Virus record (IMG/VR): IMGVR_UViG_3300020202_000061
Coordinates: 124,001 to 188,000 of that record
Reading direction: 5' to 3' (one strand)
DNA length: 64,000 nt
Of this stretch, positions 45,374 to 54,364 are shown piece after piece (position 1 is the stretch's first letter; the number at the start of each line of letters is the position of its first letter). The notes below the pieces were generated by a model, which was not told the origin of the DNA, ran no database searches, and worked only from the letters and a program-made list of their open reading frames with translations. Both the position numbers and the translations under genes were made by a program.

Positions 45374-46960
45374 ATGGGGAATGCAGGTACTTTTGTCGGA
45401 GCCAAACTCACAGAGGATTGCGCAGATCGCCTGATTGAGTGGATGACCCAGCAGGGTATCCCGAATCCGACTCCCAAAGAGGAGCTTCACTGTACGGTCG
45501 TCTACTCGGAAGAGCGTGAGATCAAGATCACACCGCTCGCCTATGAGCCGCCGCTGGAGATCGATCCGCGATTGTTCAAGTTCAAGCACTTCGGCGAGAA
45601 CCGCGAAGTTCTGGTCCTGGCATTCGACCGGCCTGAACTCGCTTACCGACATAAGCTGCTTCGCGAGAAGTATAAGCTGGGCTGGAAGTTTCCCAGCTAC
45701 ATCCCGCACGTCACTCTGAGTTACAACGCTCCGGAGCACATCGAGGTGTTGCCGGATTTTCCGCTGGTGTTCCAGGGAGAAGAGGTTGGTGGGTTCAATC
45801 CACCGGAGGAGTCTGCTGCGGCCGAGCATCTGGAGAAGAACGAACTCAGTGAGTATTACGAGATCGTCAACGATGAGCCCGTGCGCAAGAAGAAGCGCCC
45901 AGAACCGCCGAAGAAGTTGATCGCGCAGAATCTCATAAAGTTGGGCCTGAAAGAGGATCGTCATCATGAGGACCATCCTCGTGTGCAGGAGCCGGGTCCA
46001 CAACAACTCTCGTATACGAGTTCGATGCGACAGAACGCTGTGGGACAGAAGTGTCAGGTCATCGTGCAGATGCCGGTGCAGGACTTCCTCCGTCTGACCA
46101 CGACGAATGACGCGGATATCGAGACGGTCTTCCGCAAGCAGGCTCATCCGCTGGATTCCTACAATCACTGGAACCGCATGGGCGATGAGCGTGAATACGC
46201 GTCCCAGGTCAATCAGGGCAAGACCTCACAGGATAAAGATTATCAGTGGGGACGGATCGTCGGTCCGTTCTTGCGCATCGACATTGAGCCGCCAGCGGGC
46301 ACCTTCGGTAAGGTCTCCGGCCACGAAGGTCGTCATCGAGCAGCAGCCGTGTGGAACGCCGGAGGTAAAGTGATCCCGGTCGCGTTGTGTCTGCGTCCCT
46401 TCAAGGGAATGTTCCCGAAGAGCTATGGACCCGAATACGAGGCACATCGGGAGCACATCCCGATGGCCGTGCACGGCCAGTTTCGTTCGATCAGTGTGAG
46501 CACGAGGAATTGGAAGGTGATCGAACCAGACCTGCTCAAGCCGTATCGTCGCACGAACGAATCAGTGCTGATGGAGGTCGCAGGCTCGTTCTCGTGGTTT
46601 CATCCTAAGACCGAGCAAGAGGTCACTGCGGAATTCGGAAAGAACGAACACTGGGACCTCGTCAAGGCGAATCCGACGAGGTTTGGCATGACTCGTGCGG
46701 AAGTGAATCAGCCTAATGCGCGGATCGATGATGTCTTCAAACATGGCTGGGTTCGAGTCAACTATTACAGAGGTGTCTGGTACTTTCATGGACAAACCGC
46801 TGCATTGGTGCAGGCCGCAGCCAAGCACTACGCGTGGGCACATGAAGGACTACACGAGGTGATTCTGGATATCGTCGAACCCAACTACAAGTCCTACACC
46901 CTGATGGGTCCGGCCATCGAAAAGTTTCTCAAGCACGGAGTGCTGCCGGAGTGGCGCTAA
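45374..46960 (+). CDS. acb1: Acb1/T4 gp57B-like 2H phosphodiesterase fused to a ParB/Srx-like domain and the repeated unknown domain
   Basis: GTFVGAK...IPNPTPKEELHCTVVYS...LVL.FD..EL..RH...YIPHVTLSY aligns by eye with T4 57B; GHEGRHRAAA ParB-like motif. Confidence 0.8.
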   Translation: MGNAGTFVGAKLTEDCADRLIEWMTQQGIPNPTPKEELHCTVVYSEEREIKITPLAYEPPLEIDPRLFKFKHFGENREVLVLAFDRPELAYRHKLLREKYKLGWKFPSYIPHVTLSYNAPEHIEVLPDFPLVFQGEEVGGFNPPEESAAAEHLEKNELSEYYEIVNDEPVRKKKRPEPPKKLIAQNLIKLGLKEDRHHEDHPRVQEPGPQQLSYTSSMRQNAVGQKCQVIVQMPVQDFLRLTTTNDADIETVFRKQAHPLDSYNHWNRMGDEREYASQVNQGKTSQDKDYQWGRIVGPFLRIDIEPPAGTFGKVSGHEGRHRAAAVWNAGGKVIPVALCLRPFKGMFPKSYGPEYEAHREHIPMAVHGQFRSISVSTRNWKVIEPDLLKPYRRTNESVLMEVAGSFSWFHPKTEQEVTAEFGKNEHWDLVKANPTRFGMTRAEVNQPNARIDDVFKHGWVRVNYYRGVWYFHGQTAALVQAAAKHYAWAHEGLHEVILDIVEPNYKSYTLMGPAIEKFLKHGVLPEWR

Positions 46961-47649
46961 CTATCGAGAATCGCAATAAGCGCGGGTGTGGCAACTGCAC
47001 CAAGTGCAAGTGCGGCACAGGCGTTTCTGGGCAGGTTCAACCGCGACAGGAACCGGGCCAATCCGAAGTTGATCTGCTTAGCGATCCACTCCAAGAACGT
47101 GGCGATCTCGTTCGCGATCAGATTTAGTATCTGACTGGCTAAACTTGATATCTGTCCAAGCACCGCTGTGAGTGCATTGGTGAGGTCTCCGACCAGATTG
47201 AGGATTGGCTGCAACAGGGATTGGATAGCCCGGAGAAGGGCTGCACCTGCACCGAGAATCCGACCGAGGAAATCCCGGATCAGAGCACAGGGATCGACGG
47301 TCCGCACCGTCGCAGATGCGGTTTGGATATTCAGGGTGTCATTGAGGTCAATCGCGGCTAGTGCCTGACCGATGTTCCGGGTTAATCCACCCCGAGTGGG
47401 ACTCGCACTGGCATCCCCGAAGACGAGTCGATTCGTGTGGGTTTGCAGACTACCGATCTGCGCCTGTAACGAAGTCAGTGCATCGGTGACGGTGGGATCG
47501 GTTGTTCTCGCCAGAGCCGAATTCACCATGCTTCCGGTTGATGCCGTACTCACGGGGTTCTTGATCATGGTCACGCCATCATTCAGACCCTTTGTGATCT
47601 CCACGGCTTTGCGAAGGAGTGGGGATTGATCTATTGGAAGTGCGGTCAT
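46957..47649 (-). CDS. Hypothetical helical protein, probably baseplate-associated
   Basis: Coupled to PAAR gene. Confidence 0.55.
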   Translation of the reverse strand: MTALPIDQSPLLRKAVEITKGLNDGVTMIKNPVSTASTGSMVNSALARTTDPTVTDALTSLQAQIGSLQTHTNRLVFGDASASPTRGGLTRNIGQALAAIDLNDTLNIQTASATVRTVDPCALIRDFLGRILGAGAALLRAIQSLLQPILNLVGDLTNALTAVLGQISSLASQILNLIANEIATFLEWIAKQINFGLARFLSRLNLPRNACAALALGAVATPALIAILDS

Positions 47650-47936
47650 GTCACGAATACATTCGGAGACCCGGCCGCTCTGGCGTGACCACAGGTATCA
47701 GGGTCTCCCTGGCGGTTTACCGGGATGTTGTTGATCAGCACCGTGAATGCGCCATTCGCGGTCTTCGGCAGACAAGTCGGAGCATGGGGTGGTATGAAAG
47801 GTGGGTGCGCGGTCACACACGAACCATTCACCCGGACCAGGAGATTGTTCGCGAATACGGTCTGTTGGAGCACGGCCTGGGTGACAGCACCTCCGGCAGT
47901 GTTCGGATCGGTTAGACGATGAACCATACGGGCCAT
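47646..47936 (-). CDS. PAAR spike-tip protein (T4 gp5.4-like)
   Basis: TVFANN...H...H....V.INN.PV.RQGD..CGH...GSPNVF. Confidence 0.88.
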   Translation of the reverse strand: MARMVHRLTDPNTAGGAVTQAVLQQTVFANNLLVRVNGSCVTAHPPFIPPHAPTCLPKTANGAFTVLINNIPVNRQGDPDTCGHARAAGSPNVFVT

Positions 47937-47944
47937 ACCCGTAT

Positions 47945-49231
47945 TTAGGGTCTAATCCAGCCCCTTGCTAGGGAGTTGACGGTCTGCTTAGCCCCAGCCC
48001 GAACCATAACCTCGCGCAGACGTTCCTTGAACGCGATGTTTTCCCAGCGGTCGGGATAGGTCAGGGTGAACTCACAGAGGGCCTGGATGTAGTCGTTCAG
48101 ACCATCCGGGTTCTTCTGATAATCCTTACCCCCACCAGAGCGATGTTCCAGGTAGCAGTAGGTGTTTATCTTCTCGTACTCGATGCTGCGATTGACGTGG
48201 CGATCCGCATTGGAATCGATCATATCGCAGACAAAACGGAATCCCCTATCGGTGTCGAGATCGTCCAGACAGATGTAATCGTAATTGCACAGACGCTTGA
48301 TCGTGTTCTCAACCTGACTGCGATTGTCCTTGTTGTGCTCATCCAGGCGACCGAACTGCTTCATGAACGAGAGATCATCGAACATCAGACCGATGTAGCA
48401 GGGGGAGTAATCATCACGGGTATAGTCGGGATGAGAGATGTTCACATGAATACCGCAATCATCCTGGGTCAGGAAACTGAATTCCTCCGTGGGCTCATCC
48501 AGAGCACGTAGGATCATCTTCGAATAGACCTGAGAGATCAGAGGATGACACGGAGGAGTGACCAGTTCCAGGCCATTGGCGGTGTGCCAGTTGAGTCCGT
48601 CCAGATCGAGCGATTCCTCTTTCATGTACCAGCCAGGATTTTTCTTGCCTGCCTCCCAATTGATACGGCGGCGACGATTTCCGGTGATGCAACGAGTGAT
48701 TCTCTGACCGATGACCTTTTCGAATTTGTCGGCCGCCGCATTGATCGCGTAGTTCCCGAACAGATGATACTGTTTGTGATCCTCTGCCATGTTGAAAGGG
48801 ATTTTCATGAAGAGCGGGTTCAGCTTCTTCGCGATGTAATCGAGGTCCTGGTTGTTCGCGAGCAGCGCATGAATCTCTTCGGTTCGATCCAGGAACTCCC
48901 CGTTGCGGTAGCGATAGAATTGCGCCCAATCGGGAACTCCTGCCATGGCCATATAACGGCCTGGAGTATTTTGACGGACGGCGGTTTTTTCGTTCACATC
49001 CAGGAAGCGTTTGCCCGAACGATACGAGTCAAACAAGGATAACGCGGACAGACGCGATTTGTACTGATCGTCATCCGAGTTCTTGTCCAGGCCCTGATAG
49101 AGTTTGCTCAATTCATAGGCAGTAAAACTACGCACGCGATGATACCGGCAAATATCCTCAGGGATATTGTCCAGGTTCAAAACCGCGATGAATTCGTATT
49201 CCAGACCTACGCGAAGATCATCGAACGCCAT
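47945..49231 (-). CDS. Putative amidoligase (COOH-NH2 ligase type 2)
   Basis: VGLEYE, LELVTP, CGIHVNIS, LEHRSGGG..Y. Confidence 0.7.
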   Translation of the reverse strand: MAFDDLRVGLEYEFIAVLNLDNIPEDICRYHRVRSFTAYELSKLYQGLDKNSDDDQYKSRLSALSLFDSYRSGKRFLDVNEKTAVRQNTPGRYMAMAGVPDWAQFYRYRNGEFLDRTEEIHALLANNQDLDYIAKKLNPLFMKIPFNMAEDHKQYHLFGNYAINAAADKFEKVIGQRITRCITGNRRRRINWEAGKKNPGWYMKEESLDLDGLNWHTANGLELVTPPCHPLISQVYSKMILRALDEPTEEFSFLTQDDCGIHVNISHPDYTRDDYSPCYIGLMFDDLSFMKQFGRLDEHNKDNRSQVENTIKRLCNYDYICLDDLDTDRGFRFVCDMIDSNADRHVNRSIEYEKINTYCYLEHRSGGGKDYQKNPDGLNDYIQALCEFTLTYPDRWENIAFKERLREVMVRAGAKQTVNSLARGWIRP

Positions 49232-49276
49232 ATCCCTCAGGTATGGCTGATTCCTCGTAGTTTCAAGGGATTTCGA

Positions 49277-49633
49277 TTATAATGGGGCGTACGGATAACG
49301 GAGAGAGGGAGACATTGATTCAGCAATCGCGACGATTTCGATCTGACGTTTTCTGCCAGCCTCGGCCATCCACATCAGATTGAAGTTTTCATCCCACGTC
49401 CACACCTCATGGGTTTCCAGAACGAGAAGTTCCTTGAGAAAGAGCCCCCTCGGGTCCACCCACTCCAATATGCGGAGTTGGAAATCCGAAATAGGTTTGC
49501 GGTAGGGAATCACCTTGCGTCCGACTTCCAGATCGACGAGGAGTTCGGGATGCTGATTCAGGATGTTTTTGATTCGATCCTGGACGAGATATGGAGCCCT
49601 ATAGAGTTCCAATAGATAATTGACTGTGCTCAT
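49277..49633 (-). CDS. Hypothetical protein
   Basis: ORF track. Confidence 0.5.
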   Translation of the reverse strand: MSTVNYLLELYRAPYLVQDRIKNILNQHPELLVDLEVGRKVIPYRKPISDFQLRILEWVDPRGLFLKELLVLETHEVWTWDENFNLMWMAEAGRKRQIEIVAIAESMSPSLRYPYAPL

Positions 49634-49675
49634 GTTCTAAAATCCTGGAGGCCGTTAAGGACCTCCAGGATTTCC

Positions 49676-50410
49676 CTACCTTTCGAGTTCGGTATCCCAG
49701 TAGAGGTAGTCGCGCCAGGAGTCATGGAGAAACCTGGGCGGATACTTCTTTCCCTTCTCGCGCAGTTCATACGCGGAAGGCTGGTAGGGCGGGCGGATCA
49801 GCCTGAGCGTCACCGGGTTGCCCTTCACATTGACCTTGAGCGTCCCATCCTTATTCAGGACACGGTCGCCTTTGGCCTCGTTCACGTCCTGGTCGGCCAT
49901 GACGATGTTGTCCCAGGAGGTCTTACCCCCACGAGAAGCCGGGTGGACGTGGTCGAACGTCAGTTTGTTCGCCGGGAGTTTCTTCCCGGTGTACTGGCAG
50001 GTGAAGTCGTCACGAAGCAGAATGTTGAACCTCGTGAACGGCACCATCACCGGCAGCGGCACCATTTCGGTGAACGCGACCACACTGGGCAGCGGATACT
50101 TTCCGTTGACCTTGATGTCCTCGTACACGTCCAGGACCGTGATGATGGACTTACCACCGTCTTTCACACGAGAATCACCCTTGGCGATCCAGAAGAAAAT
50201 CTGCGTCCACGGTGCGGTGCTCAGCGGGCAATAGCTCAGAGGCTGATAGTCCGCGTTCAGCAGCAGCGTACGATGCTTGTTCAGCATCGGATTCGCACGA
50301 GCCGCCTCTTCGAAGAATTTGTCTGTCTTGGCGTTCGCGACGAGATCGCCGACTTCCAGGAGTTCCTGGTCGGTGGGCATCTCGAACACGGGTTTCGGCT
50401 TCTCAGACAT
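49676..50410 (-). CDS. HNH endonuclease (alphaproteobacterial McrA-like type)
   Basis: LLLNADYQPLSY, FTRFNILLRD.F.CQY, LTFDHV.P.SRGG..W.N....N..KG, WRDYLYW. Confidence 0.88.
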   Translation of the reverse strand: MSEKPKPVFEMPTDQELLEVGDLVANAKTDKFFEEAARANPMLNKHRTLLLNADYQPLSYCPLSTAPWTQIFFWIAKGDSRVKDGGKSIITVLDVYEDIKVNGKYPLPSVVAFTEMVPLPVMVPFTRFNILLRDDFTCQYTGKKLPANKLTFDHVHPASRGGKTSWDNIVMADQDVNEAKGDRVLNKDGTLKVNVKGNPVTLRLIRPPYQPSAYELREKGKKYPPRFLHDSWRDYLYWDTELER

Positions 50411-50533
50411 TGTGGTTTCTCCTCAAGCGGTTATAAACGCTGGAGAACCACAAGTCAAGAAACTTGTGGATTCCCTAGTTGCTTGGTTTTCTCCAGAGTT
50501 TATTCATGGTTAGGGTATTCCTCCAGCAAATAT

Positions 50534-51070
50534 TTACTGATTGGGATACAGATTTTCCAATGATTTCTGTAGTTCTTCCAGTTGGAAGATCATTAGATCG
50601 GTCACATTCTGGAATGATGCCCAGAACAGCACATAATCGACCCAGAACCAGATCAGGCAGATGTAGGTCATGTAGTGGACCCATTGGTCGAAGCCGGTGA
50701 CGGTCCAGAACATCGCGGTAGTTTTGGGATCGAGCTTGTTCTTCTGACAGTGGTTCATCTTCCACCAATCACAATGATAGTGGATGAGGAACTCGAACAC
50801 GGCTGACCCTATCAATGCCCAGGCAACAAGACTTGGATATTGTTGGATTGGAGAGAGTCCGATCAGGACCAAATAGAAAAGGAACGATCCCAACACGTGC
50901 AGAGCGGAGTGAAGCAGACCTCCTGGATGTCCGTAGATGTGCTTGTTACGCCATTGATAAGGGGTCTGTGCGGGGAAGTCCAGAATGAAATGCTTGAGAC
51001 AGAGATACGCAAATCCTAGGATCGCAACCATATGGAAGCTGATCTGGTGTTCGATTAGGAAGTTCGACAT
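50534..51070 (-). CDS. DUF3307-like membrane protein
   Basis: KHFILDF..Q, HS..H, HYH.DW.K, G.DQW.H. Confidence 0.75.
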   Translation of the reverse strand: MSNFLIEHQISFHMVAILGFAYLCLKHFILDFPAQTPYQWRNKHIYGHPGGLLHSALHVLGSFLFYLVLIGLSPIQQYPSLVAWALIGSAVFEFLIHYHCDWWKMNHCQKNKLDPKTTAMFWTVTGFDQWVHYMTYICLIWFWVDYVLFWASFQNVTDLMIFQLEELQKSLENLYPNQ

Positions 51071-51077
51071 GGATCAC

Positions 51078-51368
51078 CTACTGGGGATCGACCGTGGCTG
51101 ACTGTGGTTCGTTGGTGTCGGTAGCAACCTCACCACGGCGTAATCTGCGTGTGGGCTCGGGACGTGGTGTGGTGGGCTGACGGGGATCGATCTTTTCCTG
51201 ATCGGTTTCGATCTCGACGATCAGTGCAGTATCCTCGTTGAACACGTCCTTCAGACTGGACTGGAAACTCTCACGCACATCGCTGGTGAGTGCGGTCGTG
51301 GTAGTGTCATCGCTGCGCACGATGCGGCTAAAGCGAACGGTCATGGTTTCGGTGACAAGCTTGGCCAT
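51078..51368 (-). CDS. Hypothetical protein
   Basis: ORF track; GGGG RBS. Confidence 0.55.
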   Translation of the reverse strand: MAKLVTETMTVRFSRIVRSDDTTTTALTSDVRESFQSSLKDVFNEDTALIVEIETDQEKIDPRQPTTPRPEPTRRLRRGEVATDTNEPQSATVDPQ

Positions 51369-51461
51369 AGAAATCCCCTGGTTTTACTCTTAAAGATTGG
51401 GCATCTTTGGAGTTTTTCAAGAAGTCTTGACGCGATCTGTGAGATTTGCTATATATTCGCC

Positions 51462-51830
51462 ACGACCGTGATGCCGGTGTGAGTCCGGTTCGCCCGAGGG
51501 CATCGCGCCCGGAGGCGGTAGCTCAAAAGGCCCATCTGCTACCACAGAGGGGCGAATAAACCCTGGTAGGGGAGAGCGCGGTCCCTTCTGCTGTTTGGTT
51601 CAGGTCATCGCGTTCACGTCGAAGCGGATACACCGGGCGAGCCTGCAATCCGTACGGGGCCTGCCAAGGGTCGCTAGACCAGTGGTGATCTGAACCAAGC
51701 AGCAATCGGCTAGTAGTCCTGGATCAGAATGCCAGGGCGAATACCGATACTCGTGTGGGTGCCCATCAATTCGTCACCTGAGGACGGAAGGCCGATGGGT
51801 AAACGGGAGCGTGTGTCAACGGCCCACACA
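51462..51830 (+). ncRNA. Unidentified ~370-nt structured RNA
   Basis: TTGACG-N17-TATATA promoter (51427-51455); no credible ORF; long helix TGCTGTTTGGTTCAGGTCATCGC / GTGGTGATCTGAACCAAGCAGCA and several other stems; ends approximate. Confidence 0.65.
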
Positions 51831-51884
51831 CCTTGATTCTCCAGGAATACGCACCATCTGATCCCCACGATTATGGGGGATTTC

Positions 51885-52247
51885 ATGCTGATTCGGATTC
51901 CAGAATTCAAGAACAAGGTCTATTGTCCGCTTCACGTCGTGAGCGTGTCCTGGTCCAAGACCGACCGTCATGGGTGGTGGGTAAATCACTGGTTTGTCAA
52001 TTTCTTTCGCCCCCTGATCGGACTCAAACCGAAGGAAAAGACTTGGATTCCAGATGAGTGGCACCAGTATCCGCCGACCGTCTATGTGAGGTATTCCTCG
52101 GAGGATCGGGACTACATAGAGTTCGAAATGGGACCCGATGGCGATGCCCAGGCCGAAGCCTGCTATCAGAGGATTATCTCCGAGGTCAACGAATTTTATC
52201 GCACGACTGGAATCAAAAAACCCCTTGACGGTTTGAGTTTGCTCTGA
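51885..52247 (+). CDS. Hypothetical protein
   Basis: GGGGG RBS before ATG 51885. Confidence 0.55.
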   Translation: MLIRIPEFKNKVYCPLHVVSVSWSKTDRHGWWVNHWFVNFFRPLIGLKPKEKTWIPDEWHQYPPTVYVRYSSEDRDYIEFEMGPDGDAQAEACYQRIISEVNEFYRTTGIKKPLDGLSLL

Positions 52248-52259
52248 TATAAGCCCGCC

Positions 52260-52396
52260 TCCCGACATGTCGGGAATGGTGATGAACGCACGTAGTAATC
52301 GTGTCGGAGGCCCCTAGGGGTCCGCCCTGAATGCCCTCGGTTCATAGCCTTGGGACTAAACTGGGAGTCGGGGTTACGGCCGACACATCGCTACCA
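52260..52396 (+). ncRNA. Unidentified ~140-nt structured RNA
   Basis: TTGACG-N17-TATAAG promoter (52225-52253); stems TCCCGAC/GTCGGGA, TGGTGATG/CATCGCTA, GTGTCGG/CCGACAC, GCCCTGA/TCGGGGT. Confidence 0.55.
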
Positions 52397-52469
52397 AGTT
52401 ATCCACAAGAAATTCTAAAATCGGTCACAAATCCCTTGGCCTTTTTTAGCGAACCGCATATATAGGGAT

Positions 52470-53281
52470 CGGCAGCGTGATGCCGTCAGCACAACCGGGG
52501 TGACCCGGCCAAAGCGGAGAAGGTCCCCACCAACCCCGCGCCTCGCAAGAGGAGCACTCACGCGACAACCCAGGTCTGCCCCAAAAGGGTGCATCGTGAG
52601 AGCGGTGCGAAACAGGACAAGGTGAGGTAGTCAAGCGGCCCTCAAAAGGGGTCGTCAGGTAGAGGTCGCACTCTACCGCTTCCTGCGAAACACCACCTGT
52701 GAGGACTCAAGGGAAGGGGTCGGGTTGACCGTTAGCGCGGGAAGGCTCGATTCCAGTCTGATGGGAGAGGTTCGGCTGTTCAAGGCTCGCCAGAAATGGA
52801 GGGTCACGTAGCCGGGCTAAGCTTCCAGAAAGACCGTTAGTAGGCCCGCAAGGTCGAAAGCAAAGCACGGGTGTATTCTGGCCGGGCAACCGGTTGGATC
52901 ACAGTCAGTGGCTCGTGTTTGGTGGTTCCGGTAGGCAATGGCTTTTGAACGGCCAATCCTATTGATGGAAACGGAAAAGGAAAGACCGCTGACAGCGTGG
53001 GCTGAAAGAGGCCAACGTCCCTCAGGGACACCACCGGGACCCCAAGTCCAGGTGGCATCTAGGGAAAGGGTCTATCGGGATTTTCGCGAGTCCAGGTAGG
53101 TTCAGGAACTGGAGAAGATGCCTACGTTAAGCGCAAATGCCAGCGCTCTATAAATGGGCGGCCTTGCTTGGCTACCAACGAAAGTTGGTGGATGAGGTTC
53201 GAAACCCGGTGTGCTTACCCATCGGGGAATAATGGATCGAAGGCCGAGTATGCCTCACCTTAGTCTAGGGTGGGGCTTTTT
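52470..53281 (+). ncRNA. GOLLD-like giant structured RNA (~810 nt)
   Basis: Size, phage/tRNA context, purine-rich with many GNRA and CAAAAG-capped hairpins; TAGTAGGCCCGCAAGGTCGAAAG and CTACCAAC-GAAA-GTTGGTGGAT..GGGGAATAAT elements resemble GOLLD as I recall it; terminal hairpin plus U-tract. Confidence 0.6.
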
Positions 53282-53319
53282 CTTTTGCAGAACTCTGAAA
53301 ATTCTGATATATCCTGGGG

Positions 53320-54048
53320 ATGTCCGACGAGAATCCCTTCGAGCACCTATCTGACTCGGAATTGATGGACCGTCTTGGTGTGTCCTGGAATTCCGTGCTG
53401 AACCTGCGTGCGCAGATCAAGAAGGCCAAGGAAGCTCTTCCGGCCGCGTCCGAGGAATTGGAACAGCTTGAACGGGAGGCGAGCAAGCGCAAACGCCGCG
53501 ATGAATGGCTGGCGAAGCAGCCCGAGTTCGAACGAGCCCGTCAGGACCCGGAGTGGCAGGCGTGGCGCGTGGCATTCCTAGCGCGGGCTCGGGCGGCCGA
53601 AATCAACACACTGAACCTTCCAACGCCGGGTTTGAATTTCGTCCATGAGGACGTGTCTCTGACAGACCTCAACCTGTTCATGGCTCCGATCCATCCCGAG
53701 GAAGAGTTCGTTCGGTTCGACAATTCCTGGACCATGGCCCAGGTTGTGGTGCACGTCGGTCTATTCCAGAGCCTGACTCAGGCCAGAAAGAACGGTTTCA
53801 ACAAGCCGATTCCCAGTGGTTTCTCCCAGCATGTGATGGGGAAGAAGAAAACCACGGTGTTCATTCTGAACCGCTTACCCAAAGAGCCTAAGCCCACGCG
53901 TAGCATGTCTTGGGTCTACCAGGGTGTCAGCTATACCTACGGAAATGGCTTTTACACCTGCACCTATCCCGATGGTATTTGGTCGGTCTCGTTCAATGGA
54001 GTGCATTTCGTAAATGGAAAAGTTGTGCGTTCGAAAAGAAACTCTTGA
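53320..54048 (+). CDS. Hypothetical protein with possible S4-like RNA-binding motif
   Basis: Coiled-coil N-terminus; MAQVVVHVGLFQSLTQARKNG resembles the S4 motif. Confidence 0.55.
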   Translation: MSDENPFEHLSDSELMDRLGVSWNSVLNLRAQIKKAKEALPAASEELEQLEREASKRKRRDEWLAKQPEFERARQDPEWQAWRVAFLARARAAEINTLNLPTPGLNFVHEDVSLTDLNLFMAPIHPEEEFVRFDNSWTMAQVVVHVGLFQSLTQARKNGFNKPIPSGFSQHVMGKKKTTVFILNRLPKEPKPTRSMSWVYQGVSYTYGNGFYTCTYPDGIWSVSFNGVHFVNGKVVRSKRNS

Positions 54049-54094
54049 CACACCCTGGGGTTTCGACTAAATACGTCCTGATCGCGAGATCAAC

Positions 54095-54207
54095 CCGATC
54101 ATAAGTTAACAAGCCGAGGGTTCGCTGTCCCATGACGATGGGAATGCACCTTAGCTAGACGACCAGCTTTTAACTGGTTAGTATGGGTCCGAGTCCCATT
54201 GGTCGGT
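54095..54207 (+). tRNA. tRNA-Lys(UUU)-like RNA with a ~40-nt hairpin inserted in the D-loop
   Basis: Acceptor CCGATCA/TGGTCGG; ACCAG-CTTTTAA-CTGGT; T-arm ATGGG-TCCGAGT-CCCAT; no CCA. Confidence 0.6.
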
Positions 54208-54210
54208 TAC

Positions 54211-54286
54211 GCCCCTGTAGCTCAGTGAATAGAGCGGCCGGTTTCTACCCGGTAGGTCGGGAGTTTGAATCTCTCCAGGGGTGCCA
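54211..54286 (+). tRNA. tRNA-Arg(UCU)
   Basis: GCCCCTG/CAGGGGT acceptor, loop TTTCTAC, encoded CCA. Confidence 0.9.
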
Positions 54287-54287
54287 A

Positions 54288-54364
54288 CCAGCGGTAGCTC
54301 AGAGACAGTAGAGCGCCGGAGTTAAATCTGGAGGTCGGGGGTTCAATTCCTTCCCGCTGGGCCA
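54288..54364 (+). tRNA. Atypical tRNA with 6-nt anticodon loop (GTTAAA); possibly Asn-derived
   Basis: CCAGCGG/CCGCTGG, G73, CCA; stem CCGGA/TCTGG closes only 6 nt. Confidence 0.65.

Noticed and set aside
51462-53281. RNase P, SRP, 6S or group I/II intron identity for the ncRNAs
   Set aside because: No GAGGAAAGUCC or terminal RNase P motif, no SRP domain IV motif, no interrupted host gene or domain V recognised
54288-54364. Ochre suppressor or stop-codon recoding
   Set aside because: The loop is 6 nt without correct U33 geometry for TTA, and TAA, TAG and TGA all end genes normally in this window
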